DNA of 64,000 nucleotides from the NCBI GenBank assembly GCA_003558985.1, contig PWNJ01000139.1, positions 1,244 through 65,243 on the forward strand. Reading direction: 5' to 3'. Positions 45,966-55,563 of this stretch are shown in pieces. Made by a program: the position numbers and the translations under genes. The notes under the pieces were generated by a model. The model searched no databases. It was not told the origin of the DNA and worked only from the letters and a program-made list of their open reading frames with translations. Source of the DNA: a candidate division CSSED10-310 bacterium (GTDB lineage: Bacteria > CSSED10-310). Each line of letters starts with the position of its first letter. Positions within the stretch are counted from its first letter, which is position 1.

Positions 45966-47101
45966 TGAAGGTAGCTCTGGTACATGACTGGTTAACTGGC
46001 ATGCGAGGTGGGGAAAGAGTTTTGGAACTGTTTTGCTCTATGTTTCCACAAGCACCCATTTTCACTTTGTTTCACTATCCCGGAACCGTTTCAAAAATAA
46101 TTGAATCTCATCAAATAGTCGTATCTCGACTGCAAAAGATTCCATTCTCACAAACACACTATCGAATGATGCTACCTTTTTTTCCAAGTGCAGTCGAAAG
46201 TTTTGATTTGCAGGAGTTCGACTGCATAATTTCTACCAGTCATGCAGTAGCAAAAGGAGCCATAAAAGGTCGAAACAGTCTTTCAATTTGTTATTCACAT
46301 ACACCCATGCGATACATTTGGGATCAGTACGATACTTACTTTAAAAGTCCGCAGACATCCTGTACCGTTCGTTTTGTGATGTCATTTTGCAAAGACTATC
46401 TTCAATCATGGGATTTTGAGACGCGTAACAGAGTGGATTATTATATATCAAACTCACGTTTTGTCAGTCAGAGAATCCGCACCATTTATAATCGTGACAG
46501 TACTGTTATTCCGGCTCCGGTTGATTGCCGTTTCTACACGCCGGCAGGTACTGATCCGGATAATTTTTATCTGATAGTCAATGCCCCGGCGCCATACAAG
46601 CGGATTGATCTTGCAATTGAAGCATTCAACCAAAACGGACGACGACTAATTGTAATTGGTGGAGGAAAACAGTATAAGGCTCTGAAAAAACAAGCAAAGC
46701 AAAACATTGAGTTTACAGGGCGTATAAGTGATGAAGATGTCCGGGATCATTATCGCCGCTGCAAGGCAATCGTCTTTCCGGGTGTTGAAGATTTTGGATT
46801 GGTGCCTCTTGAAGTTCAGGCATGCGGCCGACCAGTTATTGCTTTTGCAAAGGGCGGCGTCCTGGAAACTGTCATTGAAGGCGTTAATGGACATTTTTTT
46901 CATGAGCAAACCTCTGAATCTTTGAATCAGGCAATCAAAACGTTTGAAATTATGTCATTCTCCCCGGATATTATACGTAAAAGAGCTCTTGAATTTGATG
47001 TACTTGAAATTGAAAAGAAATTGCGTCATTATTTGAATAGTGTTTTCTGGCCAAAAGGCTTTCCGCTATTGGACAAAGGAACGGTTCAGACGGCATGTTA
47101 A
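45965..47101 (+). CDS. Glycosyltransferase, GT4 (GT-B fold)
   Basis: MKVALVHDWLTGMRGGE N-terminus and EDFGLVPLEVQACGRPVIA. The start overlaps the upstream stop. Confidence 0.8.
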   Translation: MKVALVHDWLTGMRGGERVLELFCSMFPQAPIFTLFHYPGTVSKIIESHQIVVSRLQKIPFSQTHYRMMLPFFPSAVESFDLQEFDCIISTSHAVAKGAIKGRNSLSICYSHTPMRYIWDQYDTYFKSPQTSCTVRFVMSFCKDYLQSWDFETRNRVDYYISNSRFVSQRIRTIYNRDSTVIPAPVDCRFYTPAGTDPDNFYLIVNAPAPYKRIDLAIEAFNQNGRRLIVIGGGKQYKALKKQAKQNIEFTGRISDEDVRDHYRRCKAIVFPGVEDFGLVPLEVQACGRPVIAFAKGGVLETVIEGVNGHFFHEQTSESLNQAIKTFEIMSFSPDIIRKRALEFDVLEIEKKLRHYLNSVFWPKGFPLLDKGTVQTAC

Positions 47102-48534
47102 AACAGAATGAACGATATATAGTATTTTTTCAAGCTGTCTTCGATGTGTTGCTTACCTATGCAGCCTTGTATCTGGCGTATTATGTTCGTTTTTTCTCCG
47201 AGGTTTTCACGCAATCCGTACCAGTCGAGTTCGGTGTACCACCTATTCAAGACTTTCTTAATCTCAGGTATTGTTTAGTTATCGCATTTATCTGGCCTCT
47301 GGTATTTCGAGTAAATAAAATGTACCGAACAAAACGCGGAGTCCCGATTATTGATATTATCCTTTCAGTTGTTTCCAGTGTGACACTAAGCGCAACTCTG
47401 TTTCTGGTCGCCACGTTTTTTCTCAGACCCGTTCGCGAAGGTGTTGTTGTATCGTATTCTCGAGCTATGTTCGTAACTTTCTGGATTCTAAACATAATCC
47501 TTGTCCTGGCTTTTAGGCTTTCAACACGTTCAATGACTCACTACGCCCGAAAAAAAGGATACAATCAACGTCATATCCTTATTGCCGGCGCTGGAGAACT
47601 GGGCCAGGTGTTTGCTCAAAGGTTACGCTCAAATCCCGAAATGGGACTTCGCATCGTCGGATACGTCGATGACAGTCCCGGAAAACAGGGACAGGTTATA
47701 GATGGAATTACTGTTTTGGGAACACTCGACGACATATCAGACATAATCAGACGTGAGGGTATAGAGCAGGTCTATACAGCCTTGCCAATGACCGCCCATC
47801 GACGGATCTATCATCTGCTGAGTCAGATTCAAAACGAATGTGTCGATATTCGAATTATTCCTGATATTCTTCAGTACATAACTCTGCGGGCCGGATTCAT
47901 GAATATGGACGGTATTCCAGTAATCAATCTGACCGAAACACCTTTGTCTGGCGCGAATATTTTGATTAAACGCGCTTTCGACCTTGTTGTCGCATCAGTT
48001 ACACTGATCCTCTTCACACCCGTGATGCTGGTAATTGCTTTAATAGTTAAACTGACTTCCGGGGGCCCTGTTTTATACAAACAAACTCGAATGGGCATGG
48101 ACTTAAAAACATTCGATATATACAAGTTCCGATCCATGTATGTGAATGATCAAGGCCTGCAAGGTACTGGATGGACACGTGTTAATGATCCCAGAATAAC
48201 CCCTTTTGGACGTTTTATGCGTCGCTGGAACCTTGATGAATTGCCTCAGCTTTTTAACGTTCTGGCTGGCGACATGAGTCTTGTCGGCCCCAGACCTGAA
48301 CAACCGGCATTTGTTAAAGAGTTCCGGGAACGGTATCCACGTTATATGATTCGGCACAAAGTTAAATCAGGAATTACCGGCTGGGCCCAGGTTCATGGGT
48401 ATCGAGGCGATACCAGTATTAAGAAGCGTCTTGATTATGATATGCAATATATCGAAAATTGGTCGCTGTCTCTTGATATTAAAATTCTTGCCCTTACCGC
48501 ACTTCAAACATATAGAAATACAGCTCAACTGTAA
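47095..48534 (+). CDS. Polyprenyl-phosphate hexose-1-phosphate transferase (WbaP/WcaJ-type bacterial sugar transferase)
   Basis: Four N-terminal TM helices, a central Rossmann-like domain (ILIAGAGELG), and a C-terminal catalytic domain KRAFD...LYKQTRMG...DELPQLFNVLAGDMSLVGPRP...SGITGWAQV. Confidence 0.88.
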   Translation: MLKQNERYIVFFQAVFDVLLTYAALYLAYYVRFFSEVFTQSVPVEFGVPPIQDFLNLRYCLVIAFIWPLVFRVNKMYRTKRGVPIIDIILSVVSSVTLSATLFLVATFFLRPVREGVVVSYSRAMFVTFWILNIILVLAFRLSTRSMTHYARKKGYNQRHILIAGAGELGQVFAQRLRSNPEMGLRIVGYVDDSPGKQGQVIDGITVLGTLDDISDIIRREGIEQVYTALPMTAHRRIYHLLSQIQNECVDIRIIPDILQYITLRAGFMNMDGIPVINLTETPLSGANILIKRAFDLVVASVTLILFTPVMLVIALIVKLTSGGPVLYKQTRMGMDLKTFDIYKFRSMYVNDQGLQGTGWTRVNDPRITPFGRFMRRWNLDELPQLFNVLAGDMSLVGPRPEQPAFVKEFRERYPRYMIRHKVKSGITGWAQVHGYRGDTSIKKRLDYDMQYIENWSLSLDIKILALTALQTYRNTAQL

Positions 48535-49916
48535 TCCATCGGAAGATCATTAAAAATATCAACCGGATAACTCAAATCAAAACAGGCTTTACAATGATGA
48601 TTCGAGTGTGCTTCAACAGCTTCCATTAATCCGGCAACACTTAAATAACCCAATGTGTCCGCATCAATATAACGACAAATCTCATCAATTGTTTTCTTGT
48701 TCGCTATCAGTTCCTTACGTGTCGGTGTATCAATACCATAGCGACAGGGGCCAATTACTGGAGGTGATGAAATCCTGAAATGAACCTCCCGGGCATCAGC
48801 ATCTCGTATCAATCTGACAAGTTTTCGACTGGTAGTGCCTCTGACAATCGAATCGTCAACTACTACTACCCTTTTACCTTCTATAACTGATCGCACTGGA
48901 TTCAGCTTCAGCTTGACTCCAAAGTCCCGTATCGATTGTAGGGGCTCAATAAATGTTCGACCCACATAATGGTTTCTGATCAGACCCATTTCAAAAGGAA
49001 TGCCATATACTTCACTTGCTCCCAGCGCTGCAACAATACCCGAATCCGGAACCGGAATAACAACATCCGCATTAACAGGATTTTCCCGGGCTAACTGGCG
49101 CCCCAATCTCTTCCTTACATCGTACACACTATGGCCATAAATTATCGAATCCGGCCTGGCAAAATATATCTGTTCAAATACACAGAAGGCTGACCTGGCT
49201 TGATCAAAAGGAAATATGGACTCCACCCCATCTTTATTCAACACCAGCATTTCACCCGGTTCTATTTCACGAACAAATTCAGCATTGATCAAGTCTAATG
49301 CACATGTTTCAGAAGCAATAACAAGAGAACCGTCTTTCAAACCTAAAATTAACGGACGAAATCCATTCGGATCCCGCACTGCAATTAACTTGTCCCGTGA
49401 CAACAATAAAATCGCATATGCTCCTTTTACTTTTTGCAACGCCTGAATCAAAGCATTTTCCAGTTCTGCCTCACGAGCTTTTGCAATTAAATGAAGGATG
49501 ACTTCGGAATCATTTGTCGTTTGAAATATGGACCCCTTCCGCTCAAGTTCATCACGTAACTGACGCGCATTAATAATGTTTCCATTATGCGACAACCCAA
49601 GAGAGCCACGCCAGCATGAAACAACAACCGGCTGGGCATTTTTTATGTGAGACGAGCCGGCGGTTGAATAGCGAACATGGCCAATACCGCAATCTCCTTG
49701 AAGATTAGCCAATATCTTTTTGTTGAAAACATCGGCAACCAACCCCATACCCCGGTGTGAATAAAGATCCGTTGAGTCAGACGTTACAATACCAGCGCTT
49801 TCCTGACCTCTGTGCTGTAAGGCATGAATCCCCAGATATACCAGATTTGATGCTTCGGAATGCTTGTAAATTCCAAAAACACCACATTCTTCGTGTAGTT
49901 TTCCGCTTGTTAACAT
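48525..49916 (-). CDS. purF: Amidophosphoribosyltransferase
   Basis: I trimmed the start to ATG 49916. This gives the propeptide MLTSGKLHEE followed by CGVFGI, the same spacing as Bacillus-type PurF. PRPP motif VVVVDDSIVRGTT. C-terminal Fe-S cysteines are present. Confidence 0.93.
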   Translation of the reverse strand: MLTSGKLHEECGVFGIYKHSEASNLVYLGIHALQHRGQESAGIVTSDSTDLYSHRGMGLVADVFNKKILANLQGDCGIGHVRYSTAGSSHIKNAQPVVVSCWRGSLGLSHNGNIINARQLRDELERKGSIFQTTNDSEVILHLIAKAREAELENALIQALQKVKGAYAILLLSRDKLIAVRDPNGFRPLILGLKDGSLVIASETCALDLINAEFVREIEPGEMLVLNKDGVESIFPFDQARSAFCVFEQIYFARPDSIIYGHSVYDVRKRLGRQLARENPVNADVVIPVPDSGIVAALGASEVYGIPFEMGLIRNHYVGRTFIEPLQSIRDFGVKLKLNPVRSVIEGKRVVVVDDSIVRGTTSRKLVRLIRDADAREVHFRISSPPVIGPCRYGIDTPTRKELIANKKTIDEICRYIDADTLGYLSVAGLMEAVEAHSNHHCKACFDLSYPVDIFNDLPMDYS

Positions 49917-51226
49917 GTGTTCTCCCAAGAATTTACTAACCCAATTCGCTGGTAGATAGCATCAATATTGGCCAAATAGGATGAAACATTAAAAATGTCA
50001 GCCAGTTCAGATTCGGATAGTATTGCGGTTATGTCTGAATCATTCAAAAGGTTTTGATAAAACGATGAATGTTCCTTCCATGTTTTCATAGCATTTCTTT
50101 GAATAAGCTCATATGCATCATTTCGCGCAACCCCTTTTCCTGTTAGCGCCAGCAGCGCTTTCTGAGAAAACACAAGACCATTCAATATGTCCATGTTTTC
50201 CAGCATTTTATTCTTGTTGACCACCAGATTGGATAAAACCCCCCGTAATCTGTAAAGCAGAAAATCCAGAGCAGTCGTTGCATCAGGGAATATGACACGT
50301 TCAACTGAAGAATGTGAAATATCACGCTCATGCCATAGCGCGATGTTTTCCAGCGCCTGGGTAACATATCCTTTGACCAGTCTGGCAAGACCTGTAATGT
50401 TTTCACACAAAATAGGGTTTTTCTTGTGAGGCATAGCGGATGAACCCCGTTGCCCTTTCGCAAAAGATTCTTCAAGCTCAAGTACTTCCGTACGCTGACA
50501 ATGACGTATTTCGACAGCAATTTTCTCGGCAATTGATGCTGTTAAAGCCAAAACACATAGAAAAAAAGCATGACGATCTCTTTGAACAATCTGGGTAGCG
50601 ACCGGTTCGGGATCAAGTCCCAGTTTTTGCATAACATGTTCTTCAACTGCCGGTGGCAGATGAGCAAAATTACCAACAGCTCCAGATAGTTTTCCAACAC
50701 TTGCTTCTTGTATTGCCATGTTTAAACGTTCTAAAGCTCTTTTAAAATCCTGAAACCAGACAGCACATTTCAAACCAAATGTGGGTGGTTCAGCATGAAT
50801 TCCATGGGTTCGACCGATACAAACTGTGTCTTTATGAGCCATTGCAAGTTGACGCGTAATTTGTATAAGCTCAGTCAAATTTTGGCGTATTAGCATGCCC
50901 GCTTCACGCATCTGCAAAGCAAAACAGGTATCAAGAATATCGGATGAGGTTAACCCCTCATGAAAATATGATGCGTCATCTCCCAAAGATTCTTCAACAA
51001 CGGTGACAAAAGCAATCATGTCGTGTCGTGTTCGTTCCTCGGTTTCTGCTATCTTGTCAATATTGAATGATGCATTGGCCCTAATACGCTCGGCTGCATC
51101 CGCTGGTATCATATTCAGTTTTGCACGCGCTTCACAGGTCAGCAACTCAATCTCAAGCCAATGGCTATACCGGCGCTTATCTGACCAGATTTCCGCCATT
51201 TGCGGTCGGGTATAACGTTTAATCAT
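49910..51226 (-). CDS. purB: Adenylosuccinate lyase
   Basis: Fumarate-lyase signature GSSAMPHKKNP. Length is 438 aa. Confidence 0.93.
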   Translation of the reverse strand: MIKRYTRPQMAEIWSDKRRYSHWLEIELLTCEARAKLNMIPADAAERIRANASFNIDKIAETEERTRHDMIAFVTVVEESLGDDASYFHEGLTSSDILDTCFALQMREAGMLIRQNLTELIQITRQLAMAHKDTVCIGRTHGIHAEPPTFGLKCAVWFQDFKRALERLNMAIQEASVGKLSGAVGNFAHLPPAVEEHVMQKLGLDPEPVATQIVQRDRHAFFLCVLALTASIAEKIAVEIRHCQRTEVLELEESFAKGQRGSSAMPHKKNPILCENITGLARLVKGYVTQALENIALWHERDISHSSVERVIFPDATTALDFLLYRLRGVLSNLVVNKNKMLENMDILNGLVFSQKALLALTGKGVARNDAYELIQRNAMKTWKEHSSFYQNLLNDSDITAILSESELADIFNVSSYLANIDAIYQRIGLVNSWENTC

Positions 51227-51244
51227 CAGGTTACCATTCTCCTG

Positions 51245-52024
51245 TCATATAGTTATAACTTCTGAAATCAATGTTTGCATGGCAACATGAATGCGGGTTT
51301 CTCCATTCTTGCATCCTGCCCGTCTGACTGCGTCTTCAGCAGTCATTCTGGCCATATCAGGCATGTTGTTTTCTTTCGAAAGATGGGCCAAAAACAAATG
51401 CTGAAGACCCGAGTGCCACATTTCTTCACAAAACTTTCCTGCATCATCATTGGACAAATGTCCAATTCGTGATCGTATGCGCTGTTTTAATATCCAGGGA
51501 TAGGAACCGGCCAGAAGCATGGTTGAATCATGATTGGATTCCAGAATAAGCGCATCACATCCTTTCAGTCTTTGTCGCATCAATTGAGTAACACATCCGG
51601 AATCAGTACAAATACCCAGTTTTGATGTTCCATTTTCAATAATAAAACCGACAGGTTCTTCAGCGTCATGCGAAATATCAAATGGTTTTATATTTAGATT
51701 GTTTATTTCTATTGATTGACCGCCCTGTATGCATTTTAAACCATTTACATCACCAAGTTTTCTTCGGCCGTTTCGAAACGTTCCTTCAGTACCAAATACT
51801 GGTATCTTGCAACGTCTTGCAAGGACTCCTGCCCCTCGAATATGATCGGAATGTTCATGGGTCAATATCAGCGCCTGAATCTCTGAAATGCAAAAGCCAG
51901 CCGCGTTAACCCGATCCTGAAGTGTTTTGCCACTAAAACCCGCATCCACAAGAATTGTGGTTCTGCCCTCATTTACCAAAACTGCATTACCATCTGAACC
52001 GGAACCCAGGACCGCTATTTTCAC
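51245..52024 (-). CDS. MBL-fold metallo-hydrolase
   Basis: LTHEHSDH (HxHxDH), plus downstream His/Asp ligands. Length is 259 aa. Confidence 0.8.
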   Translation of the reverse strand: MKIAVLGSGSDGNAVLVNEGRTTILVDAGFSGKTLQDRVNAAGFCISEIQALILTHEHSDHIRGAGVLARRCKIPVFGTEGTFRNGRRKLGDVNGLKCIQGGQSIEINNLNIKPFDISHDAEEPVGFIIENGTSKLGICTDSGCVTQLMRQRLKGCDALILESNHDSTMLLAGSYPWILKQRIRSRIGHLSNDDAGKFCEEMWHSGLQHLFLAHLSKENNMPDMARMTAEDAVRRAGCKNGETRIHVAMQTLISEVITI

Positions 52025-52581
52025 TCGTCCTTACCCCCTGCCTGTGTCACATCATTTTCCTGTGTATATGGCTCATTGGAATACTCAGTCATTTGTGAAT
52101 CATCAGTATTTTGCTGTTTAACCGGCCACGAAAAACCCGTCGACCCAAATCCACCTGCTCCACGCATGGATGGTTTAAGTGATTCAACTTCTTCAAAAGC
52201 GCATTGCTGAATCGGTGCAATAACAAGCTGCGCAATACGATCTCCCCGATGAATAACAAACGGTTCATCCCCCAGATTGACAAGAATAACCCCAACAATT
52301 CCGCGATAGTCAGCATCAATGGTGCCGGGGGCATTCAAAAGGGTAACACCATATTTCAGTGCAAGCCCGCTGCGAGGTCTGATTTGACCTTCATATCCAG
52401 TCGGTATCGCAATCCTGACTCCTGTTGATATCAAACGCCACTGGCCGGGTTTAAGAACAATGTCAGACCGTGTTGCAGCATGCAGATCAACTCCAGCTGA
52501 AAATGGCGTAGCATACTGAGGTAATGGAAAATCTTTATAATCCTGTTCTAGCCGAATAAAAACTTTTGGTCTGTCGCACAT
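52021..52581 (-). CDS. dut: dUTP diphosphatase with an acidic C-terminal extension
   Basis: Motifs are [32 protein letters not shown] and [10 protein letters not shown], followed by a ~40-aa extra tail. Confidence 0.92.
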   Translation of the reverse strand: MCDRPKVFIRLEQDYKDFPLPQYATPFSAGVDLHAATRSDIVLKPGQWRLISTGVRIAIPTGYEGQIRPRSGLALKYGVTLLNAPGTIDADYRGIVGVILVNLGDEPFVIHRGDRIAQLVIAPIQQCAFEEVESLKPSMRGAGGFGSTGFSWPVKQQNTDDSQMTEYSNEPYTQENDVTQAGGKDE

Positions 52582-52697
52582 TACATTCCCTTTATTATTT
52601 TAGCCGAAACAGCAAAACGACCAATCGAAGTATAGGAGGTCTTTTTTTCTTTTACAACAATTATAAAATGCCTTCAGTCCTGTGGTCTATAGCGTTT

Positions 52698-53282
52698 TTA
52701 ACGTGTCTGATCAGATGGTTTTGTTTCTTTCGATTGATCCACCCGGATCAGGTTTTGTGTGTCAAAACCCCATTTTTCGGCGCGTTCCAGAATACCATCC
52801 AACTGTTGTTCCGCCATGACCGGTTCACGACTTAACACCCAGAAATATTTTAGCGATCGACTTGTTACAACCGCATATTCATAATCGTCACCGATTTCAA
52901 TTATTCGATACTGAGCTGAAAATGGCCAGAAGAAAGTGACCGATAACTCCGCATCATTACTGCTTCCACGAAATGATGCCCGGGCTTCCGCCTCTACCCA
53001 TTTTTCCTTTTGTGTATTATAACCACGATTTAAAACATGAATTTGACCGTCAGCCCTTCTGGAATAGGTTGCCGTCACATGTGTCAGATTGCGCTCAAAT
53101 CTGTGATCCGCCCTGGCAATTTCATACCATACACCGAAATAACGATCCGCATTAAAATTGGAAATCGCCGGGATATGACGTGTCGAACCGGCAACACATC
53201 CTGAAAAACATAATAACAGCAACATTTGGATAACACCTTTAATTTTAAACTTCAAGTTGATTTTGTCCATATTTATCTTCAA
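52698..53282 (-). CDS. blc: Bacterial lipocalin (Blc-like outer-membrane lipoprotein)
   Basis: Lipobox LLLCFSGC and the lipocalin signature FNADRYFGVWYEIAR. The true start is probably an internal Met. Confidence 0.85.
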   Translation of the reverse strand: MKINMDKINLKFKIKGVIQMLLLLCFSGCVAGSTRHIPAISNFNADRYFGVWYEIARADHRFERNLTHVTATYSRRADGQIHVLNRGYNTQKEKWVEAEARASFRGSSNDAELSVTFFWPFSAQYRIIEIGDDYEYAVVTSRSLKYFWVLSREPVMAEQQLDGILERAEKWGFDTQNLIRVDQSKETKPSDQTR

Positions 53283-53967
53283 GTGACCTGTGGTTTCCTT
53301 TCAAACGTGACTCTATCTCTGTCAGTATAATCTTTTCTTCAGATTCCGACAAACTTGCAGGCACTTCGATCGGTGTTCTGTCAGCAAAATGATAAACCTT
53401 TGAAAATGGTAACGGGATATATGTTTTAGACCATGATTTATGAAAGACAAATCGTCTGGGGGCAACTGCGCTGACAGTTATGATCTGCGCGCCTGTTTTT
53501 TGTGCCAATTTGACAATCCCCGGCTTGGCTTTATGCCGCGGACCGCGAGGGCCGTCAATAGTAATCGCACAGGCAGCCGGTTTTTTTCGCAAAATTCGAA
53601 TAACCTCCAGTAACGCTCTTGCCCCACCGCGACTGCTTGATCCTCTAATTGGCTTGCATCCCAGTTTTGTCATGACATATGCGAGCAAATTGCCGTCTTT
53701 CGATTGAGATACGATAACATGAAAACCTGTGGATGCATAACGCCCGATCATGGCTACATCATCTTCATGCCAATGCGCCAGAATTAACGGACGATTTTTC
53801 TGCAAAACACCGTTTTCCCACCACAGATTTTCTGTTTGAACACGCAATGTTGAATAATACACTTTGTAAAAAGCATAAATACCCCAGGCTACTATTCGGT
53901 CTTTTAACGGCATTGAATCATTCACAAGAAAAAGATAACAAGCTTGATCCATTTTGTCAGCATCCAA
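53245..53967 (-). CDS. DUF374-type lysophospholipid acyltransferase family protein
   Basis: ILAHWHEDD and SQSKDGNLLAYVMTKLGCKPIRGSSSRGGARAL, which is the DUF374 core pattern as I recall it. Confidence 0.7.
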   Translation of the reverse strand: MDADKMDQACYLFLVNDSMPLKDRIVAWGIYAFYKVYYSTLRVQTENLWWENGVLQKNRPLILAHWHEDDVAMIGRYASTGFHVIVSQSKDGNLLAYVMTKLGCKPIRGSSSRGGARALLEVIRILRKKPAACAITIDGPRGPRHKAKPGIVKLAQKTGAQIITVSAVAPRRFVFHKSWSKTYIPLPFSKVYHFADRTPIEVPASLSESEEKIILTEIESRLKGNHRSLEDKYGQNQLEV

Positions 53968-54132
53968 TTTTCACGTAATGCGATTCTGCGAATTATGGAT
54001 ATAATCCAGGTACAATTTGCGTTTCCGGATTGAACATCCGGGTTTACCCTGATATTGATATATGCTGAAATCGGGCTGTAATCAGGTATCTGATTCCGGA
54101 TTTCCAAAGAAGAGCTTAAAGCAGGAATTACA

Positions 54133-55560
54133 ATGAAGAACAAGCGTTTGCTTTTAATACTGCCTCATTTTTCTGAAAAACATCATTATGGCGCTATGAG
54201 CAAAGTGGCGCCGTCGCTGTTGCCAGTCAGTCTGGTCTATCTGGCAGGTTATCTTGAGGCACAGAATTATCAGGTAAAAATATTTGACGGACAGGTTGAA
54301 ACTATGAACAGCCATACAATTACCACGGCCGTTAATGAGTTCAAACCTGATGTTGTCGGAATTACCTGTATGACTCCCATGGTAGTTGAAACACACCTTG
54401 CTGCCAAAATAGTCAAATCGTGCCAACCATCGCCCATGGTTGTCGTTGGTGGTATTCATCCGTCAATTCTTCCGGAAGATGTTATCAAGGATAAAAACAT
54501 TGATGTCGTGGTACGAGGCGAAGGTGAAATTACATTTCATGAACTGCTTGAAGCTCTGCCAGACAATGATCTGGAACATATTCAGGGGTTGACTTACCAA
54601 AACAATGATTCGATTGTGCATACACCGGACAGACCACTTCTGGACAATCTTGATATTCTGCCCTTACCAGCTAGACATCTTGTCAACTATAATGGATATC
54701 ATCAGATCCCGGATGCCGTATTCGCGGAACCTTTGCGAGAAATACTGACCTCTCGGGGCTGTCCCTTTCAATGCATTTTTTGCTCTGCACGTTTTATCTC
54801 CGGCTACAAATACCGTTACCATTCACCTGAACGTGTTCTGGAAGAGGTGGATTTGCTGGTTAACAAGTATAACGCCAGACAAATTGCGGTGCTTGATGAT
54901 AACTTCGTGGTTGACATACAAAGAACAATTGATATCTGCAACGGCCTGCTTAAGCGCGGCTATCATAAAAAACTGGTATGGACAACCGCAGCCCGTGCGG
55001 ATCAGGTTGATTATGATTTGATGAAACTGATGAAGGAGGCCGGATTCAAACTGTTGTCATTCGGAGTGGAAACGGGTTCTGAACGTTTGTTGCAAATGAT
55101 ATGTAAAGGTGAAAACAAGGATCATATCAGCAGTGCCGTTCAAAATGCACATCGTGCAGGTCTGAAAGTGCGAGGAACACTAATACTTGGACTGCCTACA
55201 GAAACGCGACAGGAAAGTCTGGCCACAATACAGTGGGCCAAAGATCTAAGGCTTGATTTTGCCAAGTTTTCGCTGGCAACTCCGTATCCAGGAACACCTC
55301 TGTATGATATCGCCATAAAACAGGGAATGCGCACAGATGACTGGTCTCATTTCAGCTCAATGGCAGGTTTCGCTGATTATGACCCTGTGTTTGTTCCTGA
55401 GGGCAGAACACCAGCAGAACTGAAACAACTGCAAAAACAGGCCATGCGTGATTTTTATCTTCGACCACGCCAACTCTGGAGCTTGATACGGAATATTACG
55501 TCCTGGAAAGATATTAAAATGTATTACTATGGCGCACGATCTGTTTTAATCAAGAGGTAA
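54133..55560 (+). CDS. B12-binding-domain radical SAM protein (class B-like)
   Basis: N-terminal cobalamin-binding-like Rossmann segment (DVVGITCMT...VVVGGIHPS) and the radical SAM cluster motif CPFQCIFC. AGGAA lies upstream. Confidence 0.85.
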   Translation: MKNKRLLLILPHFSEKHHYGAMSKVAPSLLPVSLVYLAGYLEAQNYQVKIFDGQVETMNSHTITTAVNEFKPDVVGITCMTPMVVETHLAAKIVKSCQPSPMVVVGGIHPSILPEDVIKDKNIDVVVRGEGEITFHELLEALPDNDLEHIQGLTYQNNDSIVHTPDRPLLDNLDILPLPARHLVNYNGYHQIPDAVFAEPLREILTSRGCPFQCIFCSARFISGYKYRYHSPERVLEEVDLLVNKYNARQIAVLDDNFVVDIQRTIDICNGLLKRGYHKKLVWTTAARADQVDYDLMKLMKEAGFKLLSFGVETGSERLLQMICKGENKDHISSAVQNAHRAGLKVRGTLILGLPTETRQESLATIQWAKDLRLDFAKFSLATPYPGTPLYDIAIKQGMRTDDWSHFSSMAGFADYDPVFVPEGRTPAELKQLQKQAMRDFYLRPRQLWSLIRNITSWKDIKMYYYGARSVLIKR

Positions 55561-55563
55561 ATT

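Noticed and set aside
48525-48534. Convergent gene overlaps (sugar transferase/purF by 10 nt, and FAD oxidase/kinase at 2734-2737).
   Set aside because: Short 3'-end overlaps of convergent genes are common in compact genomes. No additional signal was seen.
52600-52650. Possible terminator or attenuator hairpin between blc and dut (AAAACGACC...GGTCTTTTTTT).
   Set aside because: The stem is only 4-5 bp with a 15-nt loop, too weak to call. A TAGACC-18-TATAAT promoter-like match (complement of 52660-52689) is also only moderate, so I did not list it.
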